Of a DNA stretch of 64,000 nt, positions 1 through 9,433 are shown piece after piece. The translations under genes and the position numbers were made by a program. This stretch comes from Verrucomicrobiaceae bacterium (lineage in GTDB: Bacteria > Verrucomicrobiota > Verrucomicrobiia > Verrucomicrobiales > Akkermansiaceae). Under the pieces are notes generated by a model that saw only the letters and a list, made by a program, of their open reading frames with translations, ran no database searches and was not told where the DNA came from. The stretch is taken from assembly GCA_051252135.1 (NCBI GenBank), contig JBPOGH010000016.1:32001-96000 (forward strand), written 5' to 3'. How positions within the stretch are numbered: the first letter of the stretch is position 1; each line of letters starts with the position of its first letter.

Positions 1-2
1 AA

Positions 3-1364
3 GACCAAAAAATCGACCTGCATCTCGGAATCCAGAACACCCGGATTACCGAACAGCCCAAAGGCAAAGGGCTGGAGCTCACTCTCGATCAGAACACCAC
101 CTTCAAGACCGATCTCGTCGTCATCTCCGCCGGCATCAAGCCCAACAGCGAGATCGCCGAAGACGCCAATCTCCCCATCGGTGTCCGCGGCGGCATCGTC
201 GTCAACGGACACCTCGAAACCGAAGACCCGCACATCTTTGCCATCGGCGAGTGCGCCCTCCTGCACGGTCGCACCTATGGACTGGTCGCCCCGGGCTACG
301 CCATGGCCAAGCACTTTGCCTCCCGCTTCGCCGGAAAAAAGCTTCGCCCCCTCGAGCCTCTCGATATGTCCACCCGCCTCAAAATGCTGGGTGTTTCGGT
401 CACCACCATTGGAGAACCCTTGCAGGAAAGCCAACGCCTCGAGTTCATCGAAGGAGACACCTACCGCATGCTCGCCATCGGCCGGAAGCGCACCCTTCTC
501 GGTGCCCTTGCCATCGGCCCATGGAACGAGACCGGACAAATCCAAAGCAACTATCTCAACACCTTCAAAATCTCCCGCAAACAGGAAACCCACTTCCTCA
601 AGCACGGAGAACTCTTCCCCAACCAGACCATCGAAGACCCCTCGGCCTGGCCCGAAAACCGGATCGTCTGCAACTGCCTCGGCATTTCCAAAGGACAAAT
701 CAACGCCTGCCGCCTCGCCTGCCAGAACGATCCCGACCTCGTCGCCAGAAAGACCGGCGCCTCCACCGTCTGCGGCTCCTGCTCTCCTCTCGTCGCTCAA
801 CTGTGCGGCACCGTTTCCACCTTCAAAAGGCCACGCCTGGGCATCGCCGCCCTGCTCATCACCTCTGTCATCGCTCTCCTCGCCACCATCTCCACCATCG
901 TCTTCCCCGGCGTCTCGATGGCCGATTCCGTCGAGTCCACTTGGTACAAAATCGACCAACTCTGGCGGGACAACTTCATCAAGCAAATCACCGGCTACTC
1001 CCTCGTCGGCATCTTCCTCATCGGACTCATCATCTCACTCCGCAAGCGCTTCTCCTGGTTCACCTGGGGACAGTTCACCACCTGGCGCTTCTTCCACTCC
1101 GCCTTCGGACTCATCTCCCTCGGTGCCCTCTGGGTGCACACCGGCTTCCACTTCGGCAGCAATCTCAACTTCTGGCTCATGGCCGTCTTCGTCCTCCTCA
1201 ATCTCCTGGGAGCCGTCGCCGGGATCATCACCGCCATCGAATCAAAAGGCACCTGGTCCGCCGCCCGCCGTCTCCGCCCCATCCTCACCTGGGCCCACCT
1301 CATTCTCTTCTGGCCCCTCCCCGTCCTCATCACCTTTCACGTCATGTCGGTTTACCTCTACTGA
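3..1364 (+). CDS. 5'-truncated NirB-like FAD/NAD(P)H oxidoreductase with BFD-like [2Fe-2S] domain and C-terminal His-rich membrane domain
   Basis: Frame is open from base 3. It reads DLVVISAGIKPN, GIVVNGHLETEDPHIFAIGECA and YGLVAPGY (NirB-type FAD domain). IVCNC...CGSC is BFD-like. Several hydrophobic helices follow, with His in WRFFH, LWVHTG, TWAHL and TFHVM. Confidence 0.8.
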   Translation, partial: DQKIDLHLGIQNTRITEQPKGKGLELTLDQNTTFKTDLVVISAGIKPNSEIAEDANLPIGVRGGIVVNGHLETEDPHIFAIGECALLHGRTYGLVAPGYAMAKHFASRFAGKKLRPLEPLDMSTRLKMLGVSVTTIGEPLQESQRLEFIEGDTYRMLAIGRKRTLLGALAIGPWNETGQIQSNYLNTFKISRKQETHFLKHGELFPNQTIEDPSAWPENRIVCNCLGISKGQINACRLACQNDPDLVARKTGASTVCGSCSPLVAQLCGTVSTFKRPRLGIAALLITSVIALLATISTIVFPGVSMADSVESTWYKIDQLWRDNFIKQITGYSLVGIFLIGLIISLRKRFSWFTWGQFTTWRFFHSAFGLISLGALWVHTGFHFGSNLNFWLMAVFVLLNLLGAVAGIITAIESKGTWSAARRLRPILTWAHLILFWPLPVLITFHVMSVYLY

Positions 1365-1376
1365 TCCCGTTCACCG

Positions 1377-2624
1377 ATGTCCCCGCTCCTGAAAAAATAT
1401 CGCCCTCTCTTACTCTGGTTCGCCCTCTCCGCCGGCCTCGCCGGATACCTCTATTACCTCTTCTACCAAGCCCCTGACAAAACCGCCCTCCTCCCCGGAC
1501 GCACCACCGATGCCCACCATCAGATCGAGATGGAATGCGCCGCCTGCCACACCAATGAAAAATCAGAAAACATCTTCACCTCTTCCGGAGTCACCAATGA
1601 ATCCTGCAACAACTGCCACGCCCAGGACCTCGCCGCCTTCAGCGATTCCCACCCCACCCGTAAGTTTAAGAACCCCGAAAACGCCGTCTTCATCGACCAC
1701 ATCGACGCCCTGAACTGCATCACCTGCCACAGCGAGCACAACGCAAAGATCACCGGAGAAATGTCCGTCACCATCCCCGCCGATTACTGCGCCCACTGCC
1801 ACAGCGTCACCCTCGAAACCCTCGATTCCCACAAAAACCTCTCCTACGACACCTGCGCCACCGCCGGCTGCCACAACTACCACGATAACACCGGCCTCGA
1901 GCCCTCTTTCCTCCTCAAGCACTACGGCACCCCCAAGGTCCTCTCCACTCCCTCACTCCTCACCTCGACCTCCGAACCCTGCCCCGACCCCTGGCTCCCC
2001 TCCTCCAACTCACAACACTGCGCCTCATGTCACGACTCCACCATGACCGACTTCAAAAAAGGCAAACACGGCATGCGCTTCGCCTTCCCCAACCTCTCAC
2101 CCATCACCCCCGCCGAAGCACGCCTGCCCATGAAGGCCGCCGCCGCCCACAGCGCCATGGACTGCCGCTCCTGCCACCAACCCGCCCAGAAATCCAACCC
2201 CCTCTTCGCTTCCCAACAATCCTGCCTCCAATGCCACGATGACGATCACTCCAAAAACCACCAACACTCAACCCACGTCAACGTCGGCGTCTCTTGCGCC
2301 ACCTGCCACATGCCCCGCGAAGAACGAGACGGCTCCCTCTTCGTCATCCATGACAACACCGCCAACCTCCGCCCCAACGAAAAGATGATCAAGAACGTCT
2401 GCATCGACTGCCATGGACTCCAGTTCTCCATGGACGCCATGACAGACCCCCTCCTCCTCGAAAACAACTTCTCCACTTCCCCCACCAAAACACATCCCGG
2501 AATCAAATGGACCGCCGATGCCGCCCTCAAGCGCGGTGGCGATGACGCCGATGTCATCCGCAAATACCTCGATTCCCTCACCAAAAAATCTCCAACCACA
2601 ACCACCAAAAACAATGACCTATAA
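1377..2624 (+). CDS. Membrane-anchored multiheme cytochrome c (9 CxxCH + 1 CxxxxCH)
   Basis: N-terminal TM helix. Motifs CAACH, CNNCH, CITCH, CAHCH, CATAGCH, CASCH, CRSCH, CLQCH, CATCH, CIDCH. Confidence 0.9.
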   Translation: MSPLLKKYRPLLLWFALSAGLAGYLYYLFYQAPDKTALLPGRTTDAHHQIEMECAACHTNEKSENIFTSSGVTNESCNNCHAQDLAAFSDSHPTRKFKNPENAVFIDHIDALNCITCHSEHNAKITGEMSVTIPADYCAHCHSVTLETLDSHKNLSYDTCATAGCHNYHDNTGLEPSFLLKHYGTPKVLSTPSLLTSTSEPCPDPWLPSSNSQHCASCHDSTMTDFKKGKHGMRFAFPNLSPITPAEARLPMKAAAAHSAMDCRSCHQPAQKSNPLFASQQSCLQCHDDDHSKNHQHSTHVNVGVSCATCHMPREERDGSLFVIHDNTANLRPNEKMIKNVCIDCHGLQFSMDAMTDPLLLENNFSTSPTKTHPGIKWTADAALKRGGDDADVIRKYLDSLTKKSPTTTTKNNDL

Positions 2625-3231
2625 CAAATACAACCTGCTGGCCGGTATCACCGCCAGTATCGCCATCGCCTCCTGCAGCTCGGAGGAGGAAACTACGGAA
2701 ACCACGGGAGGCTATGAAGCCGAACAGGTCGCCGAAGCACTCTACACCGTTCTCAAGGCGGACCGCACCATCTACGCCAAGAAGGTCGTCAGTCGCCTCG
2801 TGAATACCGAAGGAGTGATCACCGCCCATGAGGAATGGCAGGAAAAGAAAGCCCTCCTCCTCCCGGCCCAGTTCTTCCGTGAAGGCGCGGAACTCGTCGA
2901 TGAAGTCGAAGACAAGCCCTTCGATTTCTCCTACTCCCTTCAGTCCAAATGGCCCCTCAACATGGCCAATGCCGCCAAGAAAACCCCCGCCGTCATCGAA
3001 GGCCTCGAAGCCGTCTCCGACCCGGAGCACGAACTCTACGGCAAGAAGTGGACCGGCACCGAGGAACTCGGCGGAAAGAAATATTTCGTCGGCATCTACC
3101 CGGACCGCGCCGTCGCTCCCGCTTGCTGGGAATGTCACAACGACCACGCCAACCGCAAGCCCGACTACCCCGAATTCAAAAAGGGCGACGTCATGGGAGG
3201 CATCGTCATTCGAATCCCGATAGCTGAATAA
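2614..3231 (+). CDS. DUF3365/Tll0287-like monoheme c lipoprotein
   Basis: ATG at 2614 gives a lipoprotein-like signal (IASC). C-terminal ACWECH...FKKGDVMGGIVIRIP is typical of the family. Confidence 0.75.
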   Translation: MTYNKYNLLAGITASIAIASCSSEEETTETTGGYEAEQVAEALYTVLKADRTIYAKKVVSRLVNTEGVITAHEEWQEKKALLLPAQFFREGAELVDEVEDKPFDFSYSLQSKWPLNMANAAKKTPAVIEGLEAVSDPEHELYGKKWTGTEELGGKKYFVGIYPDRAVAPACWECHNDHANRKPDYPEFKKGDVMGGIVIRIPIAE

Positions 3232-3248
3232 CCAACCCCTTCTTCACC

Positions 3249-3641
3249 ATGACTCATACCCTCGTCATCACCGCGGCTCTCCTCGTGCTCGTCTCCTGCA
3301 AGCCCTCCTCCAAGGAAGACCCAAAGGAAACCTCCACCCCGGAGCCAAGCGACCATTCCTCCCCATGGACTCCCACCGATCCCGCCATCCTGGCAGGTCG
3401 GGAAATCTATGAAATCGAATGCTCCCTGTGTCATGACGAGGGCGAAGAAGGAGCCCCTCGCCTCTCCAGTAAAAAACAATGGACCAAACGCGAAGCAAAG
3501 GGACTCGATACCCTCATCTCCCACGCCATCAACGGCTTCGATGGCTCCAATGGAGAAATGCCCGCACGCGGAGGCACCAAAACCCTCACCGATGAAGAAG
3601 TCACCAATGCAGTCAAATACATGATCGCTGTCCCCAAATAA
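3249..3641 (+). CDS. Cytochrome c5-family lipoprotein
   Basis: LVSC lipobox, CSLCH, GAPRL, HAINGF...MPARGG and LTDEEV. Confidence 0.85.
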   Translation: MTHTLVITAALLVLVSCKPSSKEDPKETSTPEPSDHSSPWTPTDPAILAGREIYEIECSLCHDEGEEGAPRLSSKKQWTKREAKGLDTLISHAINGFDGSNGEMPARGGTKTLTDEEVTNAVKYMIAVPK

Positions 3642-3659
3642 ACAAAACTCCATAAACCT

Positions 3660-4106
3660 ATGTCAGAACATCCCGCAGACCACCCCCTCACCCTCGAACA
3701 AAAAATCCTGGTGCAAGAATCCTGGGAAAAAGTCGCACCCATCGCACCCACCGCCGCCAGCCTCTTCTACGAGAAGCTCTTCGAGCTCGACCCCAACCTC
3801 AAACCCATGTTCGCCAACAGCGACATGAATGACCAGGGAAAGAAACTCATGCTCATGATCGGCGCCGCCGTCAAAGGACTCGACTCCCTCGGCGAACTCG
3901 TCCCCGCCGTCCAGGGACTCGGCAAACGCCACGTCAAATACGGCGTCCAAGCCAGCCACTATGACACCGTCGGTGCCGCGCTCCTCGACACCCTCGCCAA
4001 AGGCCTCGGTGACGACTTCACCCCGGACGCCAAGGAAGCATGGACCATCACCTACACCACCCTCGCCGGGCTGATGATTGAAGCATCGGAATACGAACCG
4101 ACGTAA
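3660..4106 (+). CDS. Single-domain globin (flavohemoglobin-type globin fold)
   Basis: LVQESWEKV, FYEKLFELDP, LGKRHVKYGV and HYDTVGAALL. Confidence 0.9.
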   Translation: MSEHPADHPLTLEQKILVQESWEKVAPIAPTAASLFYEKLFELDPNLKPMFANSDMNDQGKKLMLMIGAAVKGLDSLGELVPAVQGLGKRHVKYGVQASHYDTVGAALLDTLAKGLGDDFTPDAKEAWTITYTTLAGLMIEASEYEPT

Positions 4107-4131
4107 TCGGGCTCACCATCACCCCTTGAGC

Positions 4132-4160
4132 AAAGACCCGGAGACCTCCCGGGTCTTTTT
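4132..4160 (+). terminator. Rho-independent terminator after globin
   Basis: aaagacccgg...ccgggtcttttt hairpin followed by a U tract. Confidence 0.8.
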
Positions 4161-4185
4161 ACACCCCCCTCCCCTCATTCCATCC

Positions 4186-4222
4186 ATGAATCCTCTTCAT
4201 CATTCTTGGCTCACTCCATGCA
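4186..4222 (+). promoter_or_regulatory. ATGAAT-N5-TCAT box plus sigma54 -24/-12 promoter of nrtB unit
   Basis: ATGAATCCTCTTCAT at 4186-4200. TGGCTCACTCCATGCA is GG-N10-GC (GG 4208, GC 4220). Confidence 0.7.
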
Positions 4223-4241
4223 ATCCGGGTTGCTCACACTC

Positions 4242-5891
4242 ATGGCCGATTCCAAGAAAGATAAAATTAAGTATGGCATCCTGAAATTCATCGATGTCAG
4301 TGGCTTCAAGGTTCTCGATCCACCCGTCCGCCTCGCCTTCGGAGAGGAACCGCAAAAGCAGGTGCGTGACATCGCGCGCTTCATGCTTCTGCCCTCCCTC
4401 TTTGTCGGACTCTGCATCCTCACCTGGCACATTGCCGGACCCACCCACAAAACCAAATCCGGCGAGGTGCCCACCCCCGGAAAAATCCTGAGCGCCTACA
4501 GTGACAACAAACGCTTCGACGAACGCGAAAACGAAAAGGAACGTGACTTCTCCCTCACTGGAAAAGAACGACTTGCCGAAATCGAACTCGTAAAGTCACA
4601 ACTCGCCACCTTCGAAAAAGAATCCGCCGCACTCGAAGTAAAGGCCAAGGAGACCGCCATCGCCGTTCAAAATGAAATCGATGCAAAACTCGCACCCATC
4701 AACGGGCGCATCGACACCCTCAAGGCTCAATCCAAAGAACAAAAAGCGGATCGCAAAGAAAAAATGACTCTCCTCGCCGGGTCCATCCTCGCGGGCACCG
4801 CCTCACAGGAAGAACTCCTCGCCCTCATCGAAGAAGATCGCTCCGCCGCTGAAGCGGAACGCGATGAACTCAAGACCCTCAAGGATCAACTCGATGACAT
4901 CCGCTCCAACCCACCCAAAAAACTCAAGGAATCCCAGCTCGCATCCAACCGCGTTGCCGATGAAGTCCAGCACTACCGCAAGCGCCTCGACTACCTCACC
5001 ACCGGAAACCGCGAAGTCAAAAAAGACGAACTCCTCGCCAAAATAGAGACCGATCAGGGCGAACTCATCGCCGCCACCACCCCGGCCGATGTCATCAAGG
5101 AAGCCAAAGCCATCGTCAGCAATCGCGAACGCGCCGCCAAAACCGATGAGCAGGACTACCCCCGCACCGCCACCATCTTCTGGCAAACCAAGCGCTCCCT
5201 CGCTACCGTCTTCGTCGGCTTCGTCATCGCCGCCGCCGTCGCCATCCCCCTCGGAATCATGTGCGGACTCAACAAGGTCGTCATGGCCTGCCTCACCCCC
5301 ATCATCTCCATCTTCCGGCCCGTCTCCCCCGTCGTCTGGCTCCTCATCTTCCAGATCGTCGTCGGAGCCTTCTTCCCGGACCCCGAAAAACACCCGCTTT
5401 TCGCCACCCTCAATACCGACCATTGGTTCGGATGGATCCCCAACCCCCTGGCCTTCCTCCAGACCAACCCCGCCATGATCTTCTCCGCCTGCACCGTTGC
5501 CATGTGCGCCCTCTGGCCCGCACTGGTCAACACCGCCCTCGGCGTCTCCGCCATCGACAAGGACCACCTCAATGTCGCCCGCGTCCTCAAGCTCGGCTTC
5601 TGGTCACGACTCTTTAAAATTGTCATCCCCTCCTCACTCCCCCTCGTCTTCGCCGGACTCCGCATCTCACTCGGCGTCGGCTGGATGGTCCTCATCGCCG
5701 CCGAGGCCCTCTCTTCCTCCGATGGACTCGGAAAGTTCGTCTGGGACGAATACCAAAACGGTTCCTCCCAATCATTCGCCAATATCATCCTCGCCTGCTT
5801 CATCGTCGGCATCATCGGCTTCTTCCTCGATCGCATCATGATCGTCCTCCAACGCCTCGTCTCCTTCGATGACGGTTCCGCCACCGCTTAA
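4242..5891 (+). CDS. nrtB: Nitrate ABC transporter permease with large coiled-coil insertion
   Basis: C-terminal RPVSPVVW, LWPALVNTALGV, GLRISLGVGWMVLIAAE and GLGKFVWDEYQNG. Start placed at the ATG downstream of the promoter. Confidence 0.85.
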   Translation: MADSKKDKIKYGILKFIDVSGFKVLDPPVRLAFGEEPQKQVRDIARFMLLPSLFVGLCILTWHIAGPTHKTKSGEVPTPGKILSAYSDNKRFDERENEKERDFSLTGKERLAEIELVKSQLATFEKESAALEVKAKETAIAVQNEIDAKLAPINGRIDTLKAQSKEQKADRKEKMTLLAGSILAGTASQEELLALIEEDRSAAEAERDELKTLKDQLDDIRSNPPKKLKESQLASNRVADEVQHYRKRLDYLTTGNREVKKDELLAKIETDQGELIAATTPADVIKEAKAIVSNRERAAKTDEQDYPRTATIFWQTKRSLATVFVGFVIAAAVAIPLGIMCGLNKVVMACLTPIISIFRPVSPVVWLLIFQIVVGAFFPDPEKHPLFATLNTDHWFGWIPNPLAFLQTNPAMIFSACTVAMCALWPALVNTALGVSAIDKDHLNVARVLKLGFWSRLFKIVIPSSLPLVFAGLRISLGVGWMVLIAAEALSSSDGLGKFVWDEYQNGSSQSFANIILACFIVGIIGFFLDRIMIVLQRLVSFDDGSATA

Positions 5892-5919
5892 CAAATTCAA
5901 ATGACCACTCAACCTTGGC

Positions 5920-6023
5920 CATTAGCTTTTAGCAATGAGCTCTTAGCCCCCGACCACTGCTGGCCTTCGGCAACTCGCGCCAGCGTGAGCTAAGAGCCAA
6001 AAGCTAATCGCTAACAGCCAAAC
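5920..6023. repeat. Two inverted arrays of 7-bp repeats (nnntagc / gctaann) forming a long hairpin
   Basis: cattagc ttttagc aatgagc tcttagc ... gctaaga gccaaaa gctaatc gctaaca. Confidence 0.7.
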
Positions 6024-6041
6024 TCCGCACACCAAACAACA

Positions 6042-6938
6042 ATGAGCTACCTCGAAATCGACCACGTCGACGTCTCCTTCGGCCCACCCTCAAACCGAAC
6101 CCACGTCCTCTCCGACATCAATCTCTCCGTCGAGGAAAATGAGTTCGTCGCCGTCATCGGATTCTCCGGAGCCGGAAAATCCACCCTCATGTCACTCCTC
6201 GCCGGACTCCAGGAACCCTCCAAAGGCGAGGTCCGCATGGCTGGCAAACCCATCAAGGGCCCGGGACCGGACCTCGGCATGATGTTTCAAAACTACTCCC
6301 TCCTCCCCTGGCTCACCGTCAACGACAACGTCGCCCTCGCCGTCAAAACCGTTTTCCCCAAGCTCTCCAGAGCCGAAGTCCGCGAAAAAGTCGAACACTA
6401 CGTTCAAATGGTAAAACTCGGACACGCCGGCGAAAAACACCCGCACGAGCTCTCCGGCGGCATGCGCCAGCGCGCCTCCCTCGCCCGCACCCTCTCCCTC
6501 GACCCCAAGGTCCTCCTCCTCGACGAACCCCTCTCCGCTCTCGACGCCCTCACCCGCTCGGAACTCCAGGACCAAATCCTAAACATCTGGGAAACCGACA
6601 AACGCACCGTCGTCATGATTACCAATGATGTCGATGAAGCCGTCCTCATGGCCGACCGCATCGCCCCCCTTACCATGGGCCCTTCCGCCACCCTCGCCGA
6701 GGAATACCCCGTCACCATGGAACGTCCCCGCGACCGCCACACCCTCAACGATCACCCCGAGTTCATGCGCCTGAAGTCAGAGATCACCTCCTTCATGATG
6801 GGACTCAACAGGGACTCAAAAAGAAAATCAAAAAGCACCCTCATCCCCATGCCCGCAATCCGGCCAAAGGACTTCGCCCTCCCCGTCGCCTCTCCCCGTT
6901 TGAAAAACAAACAATCCCAACCCGGCTCCGCAGCTTAG
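6042..6938 (+). CDS. nrtC: Nitrate ABC transporter ATP-binding subunit
   Basis: [17 protein letters not shown] and [14 protein letters not shown] has H-loop Asn; located in the nrt operon. Confidence 0.85.
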   Translation: MSYLEIDHVDVSFGPPSNRTHVLSDINLSVEENEFVAVIGFSGAGKSTLMSLLAGLQEPSKGEVRMAGKPIKGPGPDLGMMFQNYSLLPWLTVNDNVALAVKTVFPKLSRAEVREKVEHYVQMVKLGHAGEKHPHELSGGMRQRASLARTLSLDPKVLLLDEPLSALDALTRSELQDQILNIWETDKRTVVMITNDVDEAVLMADRIAPLTMGPSATLAEEYPVTMERPRDRHTLNDHPEFMRLKSEITSFMMGLNRDSKRKSKSTLIPMPAIRPKDFALPVASPRLKNKQSQPGSAA

Positions 6939-6980
6939 CCCCTTTCAGGCCCCATCGGGGCGATACAACTCTGCACCATC

Positions 6981-7889
6981 ATGTCCCTCTCCTCTCTCCC
7001 TTCCCCCAAGCTCAAACGCTCCGTCGAGATCTCCAATCTCGTCAAGGAATACCCCAACCCCTACGGCGACAACTTTCGCGTCATCGAAAACTTCAACCTC
7101 AACATCGCTGAAGGGGAGTTCATCTCCCTCATCGGTCACTCCGGTTGCGGAAAATCCACCGTCCTCACCATGCTCGCCGGCCTCAACGAAATCTCCGGCG
7201 GCGGCATCATCGTCGAAAACAAGGAAATCGATGGACCCGGCCCCGATCGCGCCGTCGTCTTCCAGGCCCCCTGCCTCATGCCCTGGCTCAACGCCTTCCA
7301 GAATGTCATGCTCGGCGTCAAAAACGTCTACCCCCATGCCACCAAGGCCGAACGCAAACAAATCGTCGAGCACTCGCTCTCCGTCGTCGGACTCGCCGAC
7401 GCCATGAAAAAATACCCCCGCGAGCTCTCCGGCGGCATGCAGCAGCGCGTCGGCATCGCCCGCGCCATCGCCCTCCAACCCAAAGTCCTTCTCCTCGACG
7501 AACCTTTCGGCCGCCTCGACTCCCTCACCCGCATGGAACTCCAGGATGTCATCATCGATATCCTTGCCCGCGAAAAAATGACCGCCCTCATCGTCACGCA
7601 CGATGTCGACGAAGCCATCTTCATGGCCGACCGCTGCGTCATGATGTCCAACGGACCCAAAGCCGGAGTCGGGGAAATCCTTGAAATCAATTTCCCCCGC
7701 CCCCGCAACCGCGAAGCCATCTTCAACGATCCCTCCTTCTTCGCCTACCGCGAACACCTCATCGCCTTCCTCGAACAACGCGCCCACATCAAGGGAGAAA
7801 CCCGCATTTACAAGGACGGAGAGACCCTTGGCTTCTCCCAAAAGTCAGAAATCACCGCCCTCGAGGAAAAATCCTCCATCGTTGCATGA
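6981..7889 (+). CDS. nrtD: Nitrate ABC transporter ATP-binding subunit
   Basis: [28 protein letters not shown] and VTHDVDEA. Confidence 0.88.
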   Translation: MSLSSLPSPKLKRSVEISNLVKEYPNPYGDNFRVIENFNLNIAEGEFISLIGHSGCGKSTVLTMLAGLNEISGGGIIVENKEIDGPGPDRAVVFQAPCLMPWLNAFQNVMLGVKNVYPHATKAERKQIVEHSLSVVGLADAMKKYPRELSGGMQQRVGIARAIALQPKVLLLDEPFGRLDSLTRMELQDVIIDILAREKMTALIVTHDVDEAIFMADRCVMMSNGPKAGVGEILEINFPRPRNREAIFNDPSFFAYREHLIAFLEQRAHIKGETRIYKDGETLGFSQKSEITALEEKSSIVA

Positions 7890-7954
7890 ATCAATCTCAT
7901 TGATTCTTCGACTCAAACACCCTCCAATCGCCTTCCGCTGGCACATTTTAAGCT
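7886..7954 (+). promoter_or_regulatory. ATGAAT-N5-TCAT box plus sigma54 promoter of porin gene
   Basis: ATGAATCAATCTCAT at 7886-7900. TGGCACATTTTAAGCT has GG at 7940 and GC at 7952. Confidence 0.7.
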
Positions 7955-7966
7955 TACTTTTATCCG

Positions 7967-9220
7967 ATGCATAAATTCACACTCACCACCGCAGTTCTTT
8001 GCTCGCTCGCCGCCCCATCTTGGGCCGGAGAACCCGTCGTCGACATCCCCGTCACCAACTCGCCGGACTTCCACTCCAAAATCAAAATCTCCGGCGACAT
8101 CCGCACCCGCTACGAGTTCCGCGAGACCGACCCCGCCGACCCCTCGCACGCCCTCACCGCCAGAGCACGCCTCGGCCTCCTCCTCGGTGACTTCAACGGC
8201 TTCTCCGCCTATGTCGAGGGTGAAGGCACCCACGCCTTCGTCGAGGACTTCGCCAGCAACCCCGCCATCCCCTTCGCCACCACCCCCTACGTGCCCGGCA
8301 ACTCGGTCATCGGTGACCCCAATAACCACGAGATCAACCAGGCCTACCTCAAGTATGACAAGGACGGCTTCCTCTTCCAGGCCGGCCGCCAACGCATCAT
8401 TCGCAATGACGCCGCCTTCATCGGTAACGTCGGCTGGAGACAAAACGAACAAACCTTCGACGCCCTCCAGATCGGACACAAGACCGATGCCTACTCTGTC
8501 AGCTACGTCTACTCCAACCGCGCCCAACGCATCTTCGGCACCGAGCCCGCCTCCATCACCCCCCTCCATGATTTCGAGGGAGACTTCCACTTCCTCGATG
8601 GGGAAATGACCACCAGCTTCGGCTCACTCGGCGGCTACGCCTATCTCATCGATGTCGACACCGCCGGTCCCGCACCCCTCGCCAACGTCGGCCAAAGCAA
8701 CACCTTCGGCGCCTACGCCAAAAATGGCGGCCTCTACGGAGAACTCGCTTATCAGGAAGGCACCAGCGCCCTTCAGGGGGGCGACTACGACGCCCTCTAC
8801 GGCCACGTAAAATACACCACCAAAATGGCCGGAGCCACCGTCATGGGCGGCATCGAATACCTCGGTGAAGGATTCAAAACCCCCTTCGCCACCGTCCACG
8901 CTTACAACGGCTTTGCCGACGCCTTCATCCTCCAGCGCATCGGCCTCAACGGCGGCCCCGGCGGAAACTACAATGGCATCACCGACTTCTACCTCGGATA
9001 CGTTCGCGGCGGCCTCCCCGGCGGCCTCACCTTCAAGGGCTTCCTCCACTACTTCATGGATGGAGATATGAGCAATGTCTATGGCTACGAGGCCGACGCC
9101 GTCCTCGCCAAGAAATTCAACGACGACCTCACCGGCATCGTCAAAGCCGCCTACTTCGCTGGCGAGGATTTCTACCAGGACATCAAGCAAGTCTCCGTGC
9201 AACTCGACTACAAGTTCTAG
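7967..9220 (+). CDS. Outer-membrane beta-barrel, alginate-export family (putative nitrate porin)
   Basis: Signal peptide, RTRYE, EINQAYL, GRQRI...FIGNVGWRQNEQTFD, TPFATVHAYNGFAD and C-terminal LDYKF. Confidence 0.8.
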   Translation: MHKFTLTTAVLCSLAAPSWAGEPVVDIPVTNSPDFHSKIKISGDIRTRYEFRETDPADPSHALTARARLGLLLGDFNGFSAYVEGEGTHAFVEDFASNPAIPFATTPYVPGNSVIGDPNNHEINQAYLKYDKDGFLFQAGRQRIIRNDAAFIGNVGWRQNEQTFDALQIGHKTDAYSVSYVYSNRAQRIFGTEPASITPLHDFEGDFHFLDGEMTTSFGSLGGYAYLIDVDTAGPAPLANVGQSNTFGAYAKNGGLYGELAYQEGTSALQGGDYDALYGHVKYTTKMAGATVMGGIEYLGEGFKTPFATVHAYNGFADAFILQRIGLNGGPGGNYNGITDFYLGYVRGGLPGGLTFKGFLHYFMDGDMSNVYGYEADAVLAKKFNDDLTGIVKAAYFAGEDFYQDIKQVSVQLDYKF

Positions 9221-9238
9221 CACCTGTCCATTCACTTC

Positions 9239-9277
9239 AAAAAACGGTCGTCGGAGAAATCCCGCGACCGTTTTTTT
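9239..9277 (+). terminator. Rho-independent terminator after porin
   Basis: aaaaaacggtcg...cgaccgttttttt. Confidence 0.8.
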
Positions 9278-9433
9278 GCACCCATTCCGGTCCTGGAACC
9301 ATCCTCTCTCTCATCAGGAGCGATCTTGTCGGGCAGCAACCCACCATCAACCACTTGCGGGAAGCCTACCTTACGTTGGTAGCTTTCGCATCATGAACGC
9401 ATTGGCTCAGACAATCTAAGTTGTCCACTCGCC

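Noticed and set aside
3..1364. nirB gene symbol
   Set aside because: The siroheme/[4Fe-4S] domain is absent and replaced by a membrane domain.
1377..2624. NrfA or hydroxylamine oxidoreductase call for the multiheme protein
   Set aside because: No CxxCK; heme count and lack of a long helical C-terminus do not fit.
4206..4241. Upstream starts given by the ORF track (4206; likewise 2518, 21309, 21454, 27128, 37743, 40569, 43206, 45145, 45969, 58844)
   Set aside because: They overlap promoters or neighbouring genes; downstream starts give proper signal peptides or coupling.
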